From Seison nebaliae (lineage: Eukaryota): a DNA stretch of 56,298 nucleotides. Positions 13,296 through 28,860 of this stretch are shown here, in pieces. A model generated the notes under the pieces. That model ran no database searches. It saw only the letters and a list, made by a program, of their open reading frames with translations, and was not told the origin of the DNA. Each line of letters opens with the position of its first letter. Positions within the stretch are counted from its first letter, which is position 1. A program made the position numbers and the translations under genes. The DNA is taken from the NCBI GenBank assembly GCA_023231475.1, contig JALJEE010002868.1:62001-118298 (forward strand), given 5' to 3'.

Positions 13296-14040
13296 ATGTC
13301 CTTACTCAAATTTCTTTTTTTCTTCTCTACAATTCTTTATCAATTCAGGTTTTTCTCTATCAATTCTCGTTTTTCTTCACATTTCGTTTAACGATAGTTG
13401 TGAATTTTGTTGTAAGGAGTATGTGAATGAAGCACCGAAAACTTATTCGACCACCATCACTTATGAGGAAATAGAACTTGTCGATCATATCATGGGTTAT
13501 GATCATACCGGTTGCATCGACATGTATACGGCGAAGGAAGGCGCACTAACCAAACCATTAAGTCCGACACAAGTCGATTTGATTAATCAATTCATCAAGT
13601 CGAAAGGAGAGAAGATTCCGACTGGAATACTCGAATCGAGAACAATCGACACTCGATGGTTTCTACAACACAAACACAAACCCACAACAATGCCACCGTT
13701 GTTGGAGAAGAATAAAGACATCTGCATCGGTTATCCCATCACTGAAAAGGTGACACAGTTAGTGAATTAATAATGTGTTATGTTGAACTACTTCTTTTCC
13801 TTTTCTTTTTTTTTAGGAAACATTTGAAAACGAAGACACAAATCAATAATTTGCCGGGACAGAGTTATTGTCCGGAAGAGAATTTGGAATGTTGTACCAA
13901 TTACGTACAAATTGGTCATAGTTGTGTCCGTTTAGTAACTTTCCTATTTAGACACTTGTTAGTGTTACACTTATGATAATTTTCTAGCGGAAGATTTTCT
14001 CAAACAACTTTCACCCGATCTCTTGAACAGCATCGGCTAA
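13296..14040 (+). CDS. Small secreted Cys-containing protein (C-terminal CC..Y......C.P motif reminiscent of EMI domains); 4 exons, introns 13349-13397, 13758-13816, 13930-13987
   Basis: The spliced frame gives signal-peptide-like MSLLKFLFFFSTILYQFSC, then EFCCKEY...CCTNYVQIGHSCVPEDFLKQLSPDLLNSIG*. All three GT-AG introns preserve frame. Confidence 0.75.
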
Positions 14041-15986
14041 ACGACGATTTTAACAATTCATACCGAAATTTCTCATTCTTCCTTTCTCATTAACTGTGAA
14101 GGAGACGGAGGAGGAAGGAGGAGAAGAATGATTAAACATAAATTACATAAATATGAGACTGATTGAATAAAGATCAGAGAAATGTTGAAAGATAAATAAA
14201 GAAATAATCGAATTAAAATTCTTTACGTCTGATATTGATTGAGGAAAGAGAAATCATTCGATCATCATATGGGGTGAAATATTCTTGAAATAATTCTCTT
14301 TTATATTAATAATTATATCATTAGATTACATCATCAACATTCTTTCTTTCTCCATACACATACAGAACTATATCGATTAAATATAATTTGAGTAAGAACT
14401 AATAACAATTGTTGTTGTTGTTGTAGTTGTTGTAGTTGTTGACGATTGTTAAGGAAGTTAGTAGTTTCTTTACAAATTTATTATATGAGAAAAAAAGAAT
14501 CATGGAAAATGAGAAGGAAGTAAAGAAGAATTTTAAAATAAATTGTGCATATTACAATTTATATGGACGGCACTTAAGCGGAAACCATAGAAGTGATAAT
14601 GGAAGAAGAATGAAGTGGTGAAAGGAAAGAGCGGTATGAAGAAAAGTCTAAATGTTGAGCGTACCTGATATTCGATAAAAATTAGAAATGGAAATACAAT
14701 AACATTCTCGACTAATTAGTTAAGCAAGCTCGAATTGTGTTTTTCTGTCAGTGATGTCCACTCCCGTTTTCCTGTTATTCAGCTTTCATCCTCCATATTC
14801 ACTATATTAACTGCCGAATAAAACGATGAAACGACTTCCCTTTTATTGACGACTAATTTCCAATGGTGTCTATGGGATAAATTGGTTGAACGGTAGTCGT
14901 CGTTTGACTGTTGAGTCCAGCGATAATCTTCCGGTTTTCTCCTCCAAGTGCAACGGGATAATCGACAAAATTTACTTCTACTATTCGGCGCTCCTCGAGT
15001 CCCATCTAATATAATGAGTCTAATAATGATGTGTTATTGGAAATGGTGTTTGTCTTCCACACACACACACACACACACAGAGAGGAACACAAAAACGATG
15101 CACATTTATACATGTAACACGAAATAACACAATTCACGCCCATTGAATGGTGTGTCCGTGAAAAGAAAATAATTGGGGAGAAAAATAAGTTTTTTTTATC
15201 TTTTCTCATCTCTGATAAAAGGAAATTACAATACATTTTGGTATTTTTATACTTTTCTCATGTAGCTTTATGTGGAGACGTTCCTATGTAATTGTTGATG
15301 GATATTTGTGCCGTGTGTCTTCTCGTCCGGTGTAGAAGGGGAGATAGATATAAAAATAATTGTATGTCGAATTGATTCTTCAAAAAGTAAATTTCATATA
15401 ACGACTTCTTCTTTCGGAAGAATTGGCCACTGAATGGAACTCATTCGATTCGAAGAGGTGAAAAGAAAAGAAAGACATTCGATTAGACAAAAGATCATAT
15501 CGCTGATATTTGGATAGTAATATCATGACTGAGAAATGTCATTCGAGAAGAGAAGAGAATGTGTGGTGAGGACGCTCCCTATGAAAGAGTGGATGAATGA
15601 ATGATGGAAATCACTTGTCCAATTTTCGATTCGTTCACTCATTTTCTGAGTATATTTCGCTCTCGAAGGGTGGACTTGTCTCAATAAATATTGGATAATG
15701 TGGAAATAGAAAAAAAAATTGAAATATTCTTAAGATGGAAAATTTATAATTTTTTTTAATTTCTCCTCAAATTAGACTTTTTTTCTCTTATCGCTTCCCA
15801 CTTTCGTATCATTCGTCTTATCGGCTGTCTGCCGTCGCCGTTCAACTATTCGCAAGACACACACACACACACACAGACACACACACAAACACAAACACGC
15901 GCAAAGAGAGAGATAGATTCAGAAAAGAGTGAAGTGGTAGAATAAAGTGAATTTAACGGGAGATCGAACTGACATGAATATATAGA

Positions 15987-17875
15987 ATGTACAATTCGAA
16001 TGACATAATCTTCCCAACCAATACTTTACTTCAAAATGAATTGATAATAAATGAATCGGCGAATATCGAGAAAAATGAAATCGATAACGAACGAAAAAAT
16101 GGAAAGAAAAGGAAATCTATTAATCATCCGGAGACAATGTCAACAAATGATGATACCTTCCTATCATACTCAAATGAACAACAACAACAACAGGAGACTA
16201 ATCTTCAACATTCCATTCCCAAGTTGTTAGTTGGGAAGAATCAATCGGAACTTCTAACCAAAACAACTACCATCAACGCCAACCAACCAAATTTAGAAGG
16301 AAACCGAAAAACGAGTCAAATGGAAAAGAAAATAGTTTATGGTAATGTCTATCATAATCAACGTAGTCAATCAGGAGGAAGATATCATTTATTAGACACT
16401 GCCTCCAACAACAACAACAACAACAATAATAATAATAATAATAATAATAAAGATGAAGATTTAGAATTGATTGATGAATCAGAGAAATTGTTAGATGAGA
16501 CGAATGTGGTTGATTCGACGAATAATTTCCTCCCATCCAAAAATCAGAAAAATAAGAAAATTGATGGAAAGAAAGGAAGTAATCGTTCGACGATCAGATC
16601 ACTACAACGATTAGCATCAACGTCACAAATGGAGAATGTAGGAGAAAGTAATACTGTCCGTCCTCCGGGCACATCATCTGACGATGTAATCCATTATTTG
16701 GCATCAGTCCCGAAGAATTGTGCGGAACAAGTCGAAGGTTTCGCCAAATATGTTTGGGAGACAGGATGGCGAGTTATGCCACATCACGCTCTTCCGCCTT
16801 GGTTGAGAGACAACGATTTCTTATTAAGAGGTCATCGTCCTCCACTCTCCTCATTTCGCGAATGTTTCAAATCGATTTTTCGCATTCATACTGAAACCGG
16901 AAATATTTGGACACATCTCTTAGGTTTATTCCATTTAATTTCATCATCTCAAAATTAATCTCATTTCATCTCTCTTGTTCAAGGCACTTTGGCATTCATT
17001 GGCGTAGCGAGTTACTTTCTCACACGTCCATCACAAGAAATTCAGTGGCAAGACAAGATGGTATTCAGTGCCTTCTTCTTTGGAGCAATTCTCTGTCTTT
17101 TATTTTCAACTTTGTTCCATACACTCTATTGCCATTCTCCACGAATCAGTAAATTATTCAATAAGTTGATATTTGTTGAGAAAATAATTGAAGAAAATTT
17201 TAAACTTTATTTCAGATTAGATTATTGTGGAATTTCTTTCCTTACTATAGGCTCATTTATTCCTTGGTTATATTATGGATTCTATTGTCACATAACGACA
17301 AAGATGGCATATCTCGCACTTATTCTCATATTGGGCACGGCGTGTATTGTCGTGTCATTGTGGGATAAGTTTAGTGAACCCCGGTTTCGAGTAGTACGAG
17401 CAGGTTCCTTTATTTATAATTTAATTATCTTTCAAATTAATTATCTTTTTAGGAATGTTTGTTGCACTCGGTTTATCTGGTATCATACCAGCTATACATT
17501 ACTATATATCCAATGGGGCAGCAACGGCATTTTCAGTTGGTTCGTTGCATTGGCTCATCATTATGGCCACTCTGTACATAGCGGGAGCGGGGTTATATGC
17601 CGCTCGTATTCCCGAACGATTATTTCCAGGTATATTTCACATTTCTTCCCACAATTATCACTTAACCTGCCCATAATTCACTCTTTCTAGGACGTTGTGA
17701 TATCTGGTTTCAATCTCATCAAATTTTCCACATTTTCGTCGTTTTAGCCGCCTTCGTTCATTATCACGGAATCACCGAATTAGCTGCGTATCGACTTCGA
17801 ATTGGCGATTGTATGGGAAGTGATCAGCAACTGGAATTCATCCAACATCCCCTCTATCCGAAAGTCGATCTCTAG
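15987..17875 (+). CDS. ADIPOR: Adiponectin receptor (PAQR family); 5 exons, introns 16924-16983, 17165-17215, 17404-17452, 17630-17690
   Basis: LPPWLRDNDFLLRGHRPPL, SIFRIHTETGNIWTHLLG, FHTLYCHS, KLDYCGI, RIPERLFPGRCDIWFQSHQIFH. Confidence 0.96.
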
Positions 17876-19176
17876 AATTATTTATGGGACGGAACTATAG
17901 TGGAAGTGTTATATCATTTCCCAGAATTTTTGTTCCATTTATTCATGTATCAATTTCATTTTATTCATTAAAAAAAATTTACATTATTTAAACACGAACA
18001 ATTTGCGGATACGAAGAACAAACGAAATTTATTAATTCTCTCACAATTTCACTTAATTGTCAAACTGAATTTCCATCAATTGTCAACTTTAATTAGGAGA
18101 TTGATGTGTTAACTCCGATATTCGTCTCGTCGTCTCTTTTGATGCTCATACAAATCTCAATAATTTCACACGTATGTAAATTCAATAATGAAATATTTCT
18201 TATTTTCGTTTTCATAATAATTCTTATTTATTTTATTTATTCATTTGTAATTTATCATCGTTCCTATAATATAATCCTCTTCTTTCCAATCATTCTCTTC
18301 CCTTCCATTAATGGTATGGAACGAGAGATTCTCTAAATTTAATCGATCTATAAAAAAATTTTTAAAATTTTTTAAATAAATTCTCCAAATATATTTTAAG
18401 TTGCTGCTAGTTCCTCATCCACAAACAAACTTGTCTGTCTCTAGACTTTCTTCCTCTTACAACTCATCACCATTTCCCCTCTGTGTTGAACAATAAGAAT
18501 TTATGATAATAAGATGTAAGAATTATTTTTGAAGAATTTGTTCGACTTTGCACTCCTATTATTCGTGAAGGAAAGAATGCGTCTAATTCCCATTCCATTT
18601 ACAATGGTCACCAAACATAATTAATTAACAACTTTAATTCTTTTTTCGTCCACTTCTCTTCCAATGGACATTCGACGATTATATAAATATATGAACGGTC
18701 AATTTAAATCCGTCCATCACAATCATCGAAATGATTACAGACGAACGAAGAGAACCATCATTCTTCTTCCAAACTCAATTGAGAGAAGGAAGAATCGAAT
18801 GAATAAATTACAAAAGGACATCATGCTCAACGAAACAGGATGACGAGAATATTCTTCAAAAAATGATTTAATGATTCATAATCTACTTCTCATTATCTCC
18901 TATTTGGTTTTCATGTTCATGAATGAAATTAGGAAAAAAAATGTTTTTTTTTTATTCTCTGAAGAATGACATTCTCTCCAGCACTATAGACTGTGAAGAG
19001 GACTCCAATTCGAATCTCGATCCCCATACAGGAAGGACGTCATATTTTGACTTTCTTCCATCTCTCTAATCTCATTCCAATTAATTTCTCATCCAACTAA
19101 TTCAATATCCAACTCATTTGAGACGAGTTGAAACGTCATCGTTCACATTCTCTCAAATACAACCATAGTCTTCAAG

Positions 19177-20362
19177 GTATACGGTGATTTCGCCATCCTG
19201 ATATTTTGCCACCCTGTTTTATCCATTTTGGACAGTTCGCCACCCTGAATATGGACACTTTGCCATCTTGTGTGTATATTTTCGGTGATTTCGCCACTCT
19301 TCTATTTAAATAAAATATACATTTTTTTATTCTTCAAGGAATGGACACTTTGCCACCCATCTTTTTTTAAAACAAAATACTATTTCGGTGATTTCGCCAC
19401 CCTTCTATCTAAATCTGTCTATTTATTTTCAAGGAGTGGACACTTTACTGTCCTGTCTTCTCTTATGTTTTCACCTTTTAAGTACATGAGTTAGATCATG
19501 AGTTACGATCACGCCAAATCACCCCTGCTTTTATTAATTAGAATTTCAGTTTTTACTTTAATAATTGTTAATAAAATTATTAAACGATTGTAGGAGTTTT
19601 CACAGTTGGAGATTTCAGCGGACAATTTTTTCGAACTTTTTTTTAAACTTCCCTTTTTTATAGAAAATATTTAATTTGTGATGATAGTTTTATAAGATGT
19701 TAGATATTAAATAAGTTGATAGGATATCTTTCTGATGTATTTTTTAAAAAAAAATAAGCGGACAAATCCACATACATACATTTTCCTTATTTTTTTGAAA
19801 AAAGGACAAAAAACATAAAGAGAAAAAGGGAAGAGAAAGCAAAATCACTGTGTGAAATTCACCTATTAAATTAAAATAAGTAAGTAATAACATAATAAAA
19901 GTAAGTAAGTATTAAGTTATCGTTAATATTAAATAATTAGTTAACTAATTGATTAACTAATTAATTATTATAATAATTTTATTAACAATTATTAAAGTAA
20001 AATCTGAAATTCTAATTAATAAAAGCAGGGGTGATTAGGCGTGATCGTAACTCATGATCTAACTCATGTACTTAAAAGGTGAAAACATAAGAGAAGACAG
20101 GACAGTAAAGTGTCCACTCCTTGAAAATAAATAGACAGATTTAGATAGAAAGGTGACGAAATCACCGAAATAGTAATATTTTTTTAAAAAAAGATGGGTG
20201 GCAAAGTGTCCATTCCTTGAAGAATAAAAAAATGTATATTTTATTTAAATAGAAGAGTGGCGAAATCACCGAAAATACACACACAAGATGGCAAACTGTC
20301 CATATTCAGGGTGGCGAACTGTCCAAAATGGATAAAACAGGGTGGCGAAATCAACGGGATTC
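19177..20362. mobile_element. Non-autonomous Mutator-like (MULE/foldback) element, 1186 bp, with about 400-bp TIRs and a perfect 9-bp TSD
   Basis: TSD GTCTTCAAG at 19168-19176 and 20363-20371. TIRs at about 19177-19583 and 19968-20362 are near-identical reverse complements and carry repeated (T)TTCGCCAC/TTTGCCAC subunits. The core is AT-rich and non-coding. Confidence 0.92.
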
Positions 20363-21789
20363 GTCTTCAAGAGCGATAAGATAAATTTTAATAGAAATAA
20401 TCATCAATAACAGTCATTCATGTGGATAAATTGAATTTTTCCTTACAATAATTCTTACAATATTTGTTAGAAGAAATTGGTAGATAAATACTCCATACCG
20501 ATGGAATAATTGTCAGGAGAATAATAACAATCATAATTCTCTTTAATCATATGTTTGAATGGACTATTTTTATTTTTCATTCATTTAATTTAATACTCTT
20601 ACAGTCAAGGATATTTTAGGGAAGACATAAAACTCGTTTTTACTTAAAGGATTATTTCTGTCGTTGTTTAGTGGAGAAGAATGATGAGAATTATTCAAGA
20701 AGATTTTCTAAAGTATTTTCGAATTGAATGATTTTTAGTAGAAATCTAATAAAAGATTACCTGTCCATAAGAATAGAGTGAGGAAGGTGGACCACTTCTA
20801 CTCCCCATTTCCCTTAAACATGACAAATGGGAAAATGGACAATGAATTAATATATTCGTTCCCAATACAAAAGGGAAGTATTAAGTAGGAAGGGTAGAAG
20901 AAGCAAGATTAAGATCTGTCCTTTTCCTTCCCATTGAAATTTCAAAGAATTGAACTATCCACCAACTGGACCACCATCTATCGAATTGCCTACTATCTAT
21001 CTTCTTATTTATCTATCTATTTATCATTTTCCAAAGAAATAATAATGATTATCTGACAAATATTAATAATTCGACTTTCCAATGAAAATTGTGTGTGTTA
21101 AACGATTATTTCATGGGGGAAACAGGAAAATATGAAGGAGAAATTGGGAACTGTTTCAATGAATGTGAAAAATGAATTTTATGCTTCCACAATTGCTTTC
21201 TTTTAATAATATTTCTTATTAACCATATTCGATAAGATTTGAACGTTTAACCGACTTTCTTCCCTCATAGAAGTTGCTTGGTTGGTTTTAATTGAACTTT
21301 CTCCAACTCACCAAGTCAACAGAAGGAGGAATGGGGGTGGATGACAATTATTTATTTTTTTCGCCCAACCGATCATTTCTCCTTATTCAATTCCTCCCAA
21401 CGTCATGTACATTACTCAACAAATTCATATTTGTCGTCCGTAGTAGATAGAATAGTAAAAGATGAATCTTAATCGCGTCTATTTACATTTGACATATTAT
21501 GGACATAGGTAACATGAAAATAAGAAATTTTTTCTATTTAAATTTATCTATTTCTCTTTCAAATATTTTCTTCATTTCTTGAAAACTTTCAATTTCCAAC
21601 AATCATTTCCTTCTAATATATCTCGTGTTTTTCTCTCATTTCTCTCCTAATATTCTCTAACTTTCCAAACACTCTCTATTCTTTCTCTCTTTTTCTCTCT
21701 CTCTCTCTCGTTCATCATAAACATTTATCATTCATTCTTCAATTCCTTCTCCAATTTCTCGAAATCAGATCACCATTTAATTAGACGAA

Positions 21790-23773
<1,984 letters not shown>

Positions 23774-24070
23774 CATCCATCTCTCTCCTCAACGAGTCGA
23801 AACCTTCGAGAAATTTCCTGGTGAATTCACAACGAAGAAAGCGAATTAGCTTCTTAATCTTTTTATTTTTTCAAGAATTCTTCTATTTCACATCTGATCG
23901 CACCACCGTTTTGTAAATGAATATCCACTCTCCCACACAAAACACGCACACACTGCCCACACATCTGTTCTTATTCATTCTTATTTTACTAACGACCAAT
24001 TATTATTAAAACGTTTCAAATAAAGAAATATCAATTTATTATTATTATTTTTTCTTTCTTTCAATTAAAT

Positions 24071-25048
24071 TTACAATAATTTCTTAGAGCGTATAATACC
24101 CGAACGGATACCTGTCTTCTCTCCACTATATTTCTCCATACTTCGTTTCTGATCGAATTGACGTTTCTGTCCACGAAGCGAAATTAATGCTTTCGAATAT
24201 TTCCTTCTGTGTTTGACTCGAGGATTATTCTTGAATTTTTTCCTTCGTAATTCATCCAACGACTTATTCTTCTCAATTCGATAACTGACTTTCCTCTTAT
24301 CATCATCATTATCTTCACCATCATCATCATCATCATCGCTTATTTTTTCTTCTTTTATTTCTTTTTCTTCTTTTAAATGAAGATGAATTTGTTCAAATAA
24401 TTCTTTTTGTCGCAATCGATCCATTGATACATTGTCACAATTTTCAAATTTCTTCAAAAGTTTTTTTAGAAGGAAAATATCCTTCAAAATTGGATGAATC
24501 TTCTTCTCTAACGATATGATTTCCTTCTCATTCTTATTGTCGTTGTCATTGTTATCGGAGTCGGAGGAAGAGGAGGAGATGAGTAGAAATAAACATAATT
24601 TCATCGAATAAACATATCGGAGAACTTGAAGAAAATCATTTTCTACATTCTTCTTTTCCAAATCATCCAATTCATTCTTCAATTCTCTCAATAATAATCT
24701 CATTTCGTCATTCATCACAATCGTCTCATCATTCATTTCTTCCATATTCTCTTCCTTTATCTTTCTTAATTGACCCAATATGAAATGGTTTGACGACGAA
24801 GACGAAAGTAAACGCTCTTTCCCATTATCATATCTGATATATTCGTTTTGTTGTATGGTTATCGCTTCCTCTTCCTCCAACAATTCGTCATCTAAATCTG
24901 CTTCGAAATTCTTCTTCTTCTTCTGCTTCTTCTTCGCTCGTTTCCATTGACCTTGTTCATTCGATCCATAATAATCCGACTGTTTCTTTCCCCAATTTAC
25001 CTTCCCAATTCCTTCGTTTTCATCCTCTACCACTTTGATCACCATCAC
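24071..25048 (-). CDS. UTP3: Sas10/UTP3 (SSU processome component); 5' end uncertain
   Basis: C-terminal Sas10 domain KNNPRVKHRRKYSKA...YSGEKTGIRSGIIRSKKL. N-terminal WGKKQSDYYG and EEEEAITIQ resemble the Sas10 N-terminal region. Confidence 0.88.
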   Translation of the reverse strand: MMVIKVVEDENEGIGKVNWGKKQSDYYGSNEQGQWKRAKKKQKKKKNFEADLDDELLEEEEAITIQQNEYIRYDNGKERLLSSSSSNHFILGQLRKIKEENMEEMNDETIVMNDEMRLLLRELKNELDDLEKKNVENDFLQVLRYVYSMKLCLFLLISSSSSDSDNNDNDNKNEKEIISLEKKIHPILKDIFLLKKLLKKFENCDNVSMDRLRQKELFEQIHLHLKEEKEIKEEKISDDDDDDGEDNDDDKRKVSYRIEKNKSLDELRRKKFKNNPRVKHRRKYSKALISLRGQKRQFDQKRSMEKYSGEKTGIRSGIIRSKKLL

Positions 25049-27407
25049 CTTATCAATTTGTAAAACATGGAATTATCTCAAATGCTTCAAATTTAAAATT
25101 TCTTAATTTATTTCATCATTCAGAAAATTGTTTGACTTCTCGTTGAGCTTCAAACTCCTACAAATTCAAAAAACTCATTAATTCTTCATTTTTGTTTGAT
25201 TCAAACATTATCGTTTGAATGGGAAAAATTAGCTGGTTAGATCTGGGAGATTATCCAATATGTTGTCGTTCGAAGGAGAATGATTAATGAGAATAATTTT
25301 CAGTGTAGATAAATAAGAGAAGGATGATAGGGTTGATAATGAGGGCACTCTCGAAATGAATCAGAATGATGAGAAGATGTAGATAAGAACTGCTCAATTA
25401 GAAGTGAAATGATAAGTTAAAGAAGAATCTTAATTGAAAATCATCATTCTCCATCTAGCTACATATGTTATCCTTTATTTGTGTGGGTTAAACTTCCCTT
25501 CGCTCACTACTCAGCGTTCTTACTCCAAACAACTTCTCTACTCGTCAAAGAGCTGACAAGGTAGTTGTGTAAGTCCCTCGTCAATCTTCTGGATTGACTC
25601 TATCTTATGCGTTTTACGTTACGAATGTTGGAAAAACTACAAATACTTCTCTTGTGATCGATTCATTTTTCAAATCTCATATTTTAATTATCATTATAAC
25701 TATCATTTTGTCAAAAACAAAACACATTTACTCCATTTGCGTAATTTTCGATTGTAGTAATTTCTATACGTAATCTATAAAAAATGATGTTTTCCTAAAG
25801 AAGCTAAACCGGTTTAGTCAAAGCGTAAATTAATAAACATTTTACTATCAAATCTTACACATCAAATCCTAATATAATAATCTACGTCGATCTTCCTTTT
25901 TTCACTTTTCATGAGAAGTGAATATGTCAACCTTCATTCTCATACCCATCAAACTGATTTGATAATCATTAATCATTTTTAATTAAATTTAAATGTTTAG
26001 TAAATGTTCCAGACTAATCGAATTGACATTAAGTTACTGTCAAAATTAAATTAAATTTCTTCAAATAAACCCATTCGTTTATCTCAGGATGGTAGTTGAG
26101 TTTGGAAGTTTGGGGTGAAACTGCTATCCAAACTCTAAATGTAGCTCATTCTTTTATATTTCTTATTAAAGATGTAACTTTTCAACTTTTACCCAATACT
26201 GGCAATAATTTGTGTTAAGTTAAATTAAGTTCGAAGTTTCATAAGAACGTGCGTTTGATGTTAGTTATATGACATGAAATTTAAGTTTAGATAATTTGTC
26301 CATAGTCCTCCAGCAAATTAGACTTATTCGAATTTGAATTTATTAGAATTCCTAATGGACAAATAGAAGATGTTGAATGAGAGTTGGGAAATATTGGAAA
26401 TAATTCTAGAATAGGTATTTTGGGGAGGTTGTAGGGGGAAGACGGGATAGTTATAATTTACAAGTTGTCAGTCTGTGAGAGTTATAAACTTCCCATTTCG
26501 TTCCGTTTAGAGTTTAGGTATTAGATTATGGTTTATCGATCAGTTGTTAAGAGGAACTAATTAAAGTTCCCACATCACTTCGTTAATAGCGAGTTAGATA
26601 ACATTTGATATTGTTAATAAAGAAGATTGGTTATAATTAGGATTTCGTGGGAAAGATGCCTAAGAGAATGACAAGAAATATCTAATCATAATCTACACTG
26701 ACCTTCATTTACATAAGGCTCCCTCACATTGTTCTCTCACGTACGTTTGAGTAGGTGAATAATATATAACATATTATATCGTATGATATCTGTTATGAAA
26801 ATTGCTTCACATGTCTTTTCCTTTCCTCTAGTTTGTCTATCCGTCGTCGTTCATTCGATTCTATTACTTTCCACATGCATGTTCCTTAACTGCTTCTTCT
26901 ACATGTCTCTTTTCAACTATAATACGGACATGGTTTTTCGATGACGTCAAATATTCGATTGACTTTCAAAATAGATAAATTTTTATTTCTCCCAATCATT
27001 TATAAACGTTATTCATTCAATCAAAATGTACGAAATGGGGAAAACTTCAAATTTATTATTTTTTATTTCTTCAATACATTTGCCTTCTCCTCAAAATACA
27101 TTCAACTTTCTCATATCATAGTTTTAGCAAGCAAGCTAGCTAGCTCACTTAACGTCCTATCATCTTTTACCATTGTATTTTCCGAAAGAAAATTCTACTC
27201 CCAACAAGATTGAAACATCTTCCCCCACTCCCCTTCCTCCCCATTTTTCACAAAGCATTTGATGCGAATGTATTCATTTTCTCTCCTAAATCTTCTATTA
27301 ATGTCCCTCTCGAACAACACTTGTTATATGTACGTCCCCCCTCCTCTTGCTAGATTATTGCTCTTGCTTCCTTTCATACTTTTCTCAAATAGTTCTTTCA
27401 CAACAAC

Positions 27408-27975
27408 ATGGTCAATCGACAACGTTCACCCTATCGCCATGCCGATGGTAGAATCGACGATACAAAATACATTCAACATATGGAAAAATTACATCCAACT
27501 AAACCTTTAGAACCACCATCAATTCCTATTGATCAATATCCCATCAATTTCGATCCAAATCCGATCGTCATCAATAAGGAGATTCCCGAACATATGATGC
27601 CAAAACAACCACATGTTCAATTAGTTCAGATTAGATATCTCCAACCACCAACACCACCAGAACCCGCTCCAATTATAGTGAGAGAGATTCGACCGAAATC
27701 TTATCCGGAAAAACCACCGGTTCGAATTCGACAACGACAACACCGTCAAAAAACTCCACCACCACTAGTGATTCGAGTGAAACCGCCAGCGCCACCGCAC
27801 ATTGAGAAGGAAGTGAAATATATTGACGTTAAAACATCCGAAGATGCTCAACAAAAAGTTTCGAACTCGTTTTATCAACATTTTGAATTTATTAACTGAT
27901 TTTTTTTTCTTAAATTCTCTTTTCATTTAAAGTTATCACAACATCAACATCGTAACCAACATCAAGAACGATACC

Positions 27976-28016
<41 letters not shown>

Positions 28017-28259
28017 ACACAACAAACAGATTCCAAAATTTATTCGTCAAATTATAATGTCAAGCAGAATGGATCATCCTCTGCCAAGATGTTTAGTGCA
28101 ACGAAAGAATTCTGTTAATATTCTTCATAAAAAATGAAGAAATTTTTTATAAATCTTTCTATTTTAGGGATGAATGATCCACGATTGTTAAGACTATTGA
28201 GAAAAGGGAGTAGTTACACAGACGACGATCTTCGTCGTTTGGGATTCTCATTTCAATGA
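27408..28259 (+). CDS. Proline-rich protein (YPIN.DPNP / RYL.PPTPP / TPPPLVIR family); 3 exons, introns 27858-27932, 28114-28167
   Basis: YPINFDPNPIVINK, VQIRYLQPPTPPEPAPIIVRE, KTPPPLVIRVKPPAPP. The spliced frame continues through poly-Q to ...YTDDDLRRLGFSFQ*. Confidence 0.8.
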
Positions 28260-28860
28260 AGCAAGCAATTCTTGAGTTGAAAGAACTAAATCTTTTTTTA
28301 AACTAATCTTTTTACTTTTTATTATTTATTAGAAAAGAAAACTATTTTTTTTTCTTTCTCATTAATGCGGAACTGTGAGGAATTTCTTGTTTTTAATCTT
28401 TTTTTCGATGCCGAATTATTAATCAGTTAATGATGAATCTAAAATTATTATTCGTAGAAATTAATTATTAAATTTTGATTCAATCATCATCCAATTCAAA
28501 CCATTATTATTATTATTATTATTATTATTCTTATTATTATTATTCCAATTATTCTCATTCATTCCCATCAATCCATCGAATTAAGATAGTAACCATCAAC
28601 TTTTATTTTATGATTTCTAATAAAATAAGAAAGGAAACACTCATCATTTGAAAAAGTCTATTCAAATTCAACCAATTATTACTTCTTATATTAATATTAA
28701 TCTAATTATAACTTCTTTTACAATTTTGATAATTTAATTAGTAACTTGAAATCGATTAAGGAAACTTAAAATTAAAATTTTTTCAATTAACAAATGAATA
28801 AAAATTTTGTTTTTATTTGAAAAAATGGAAAAAGTAATAAGAAAAAGTGTTTAGACATAA

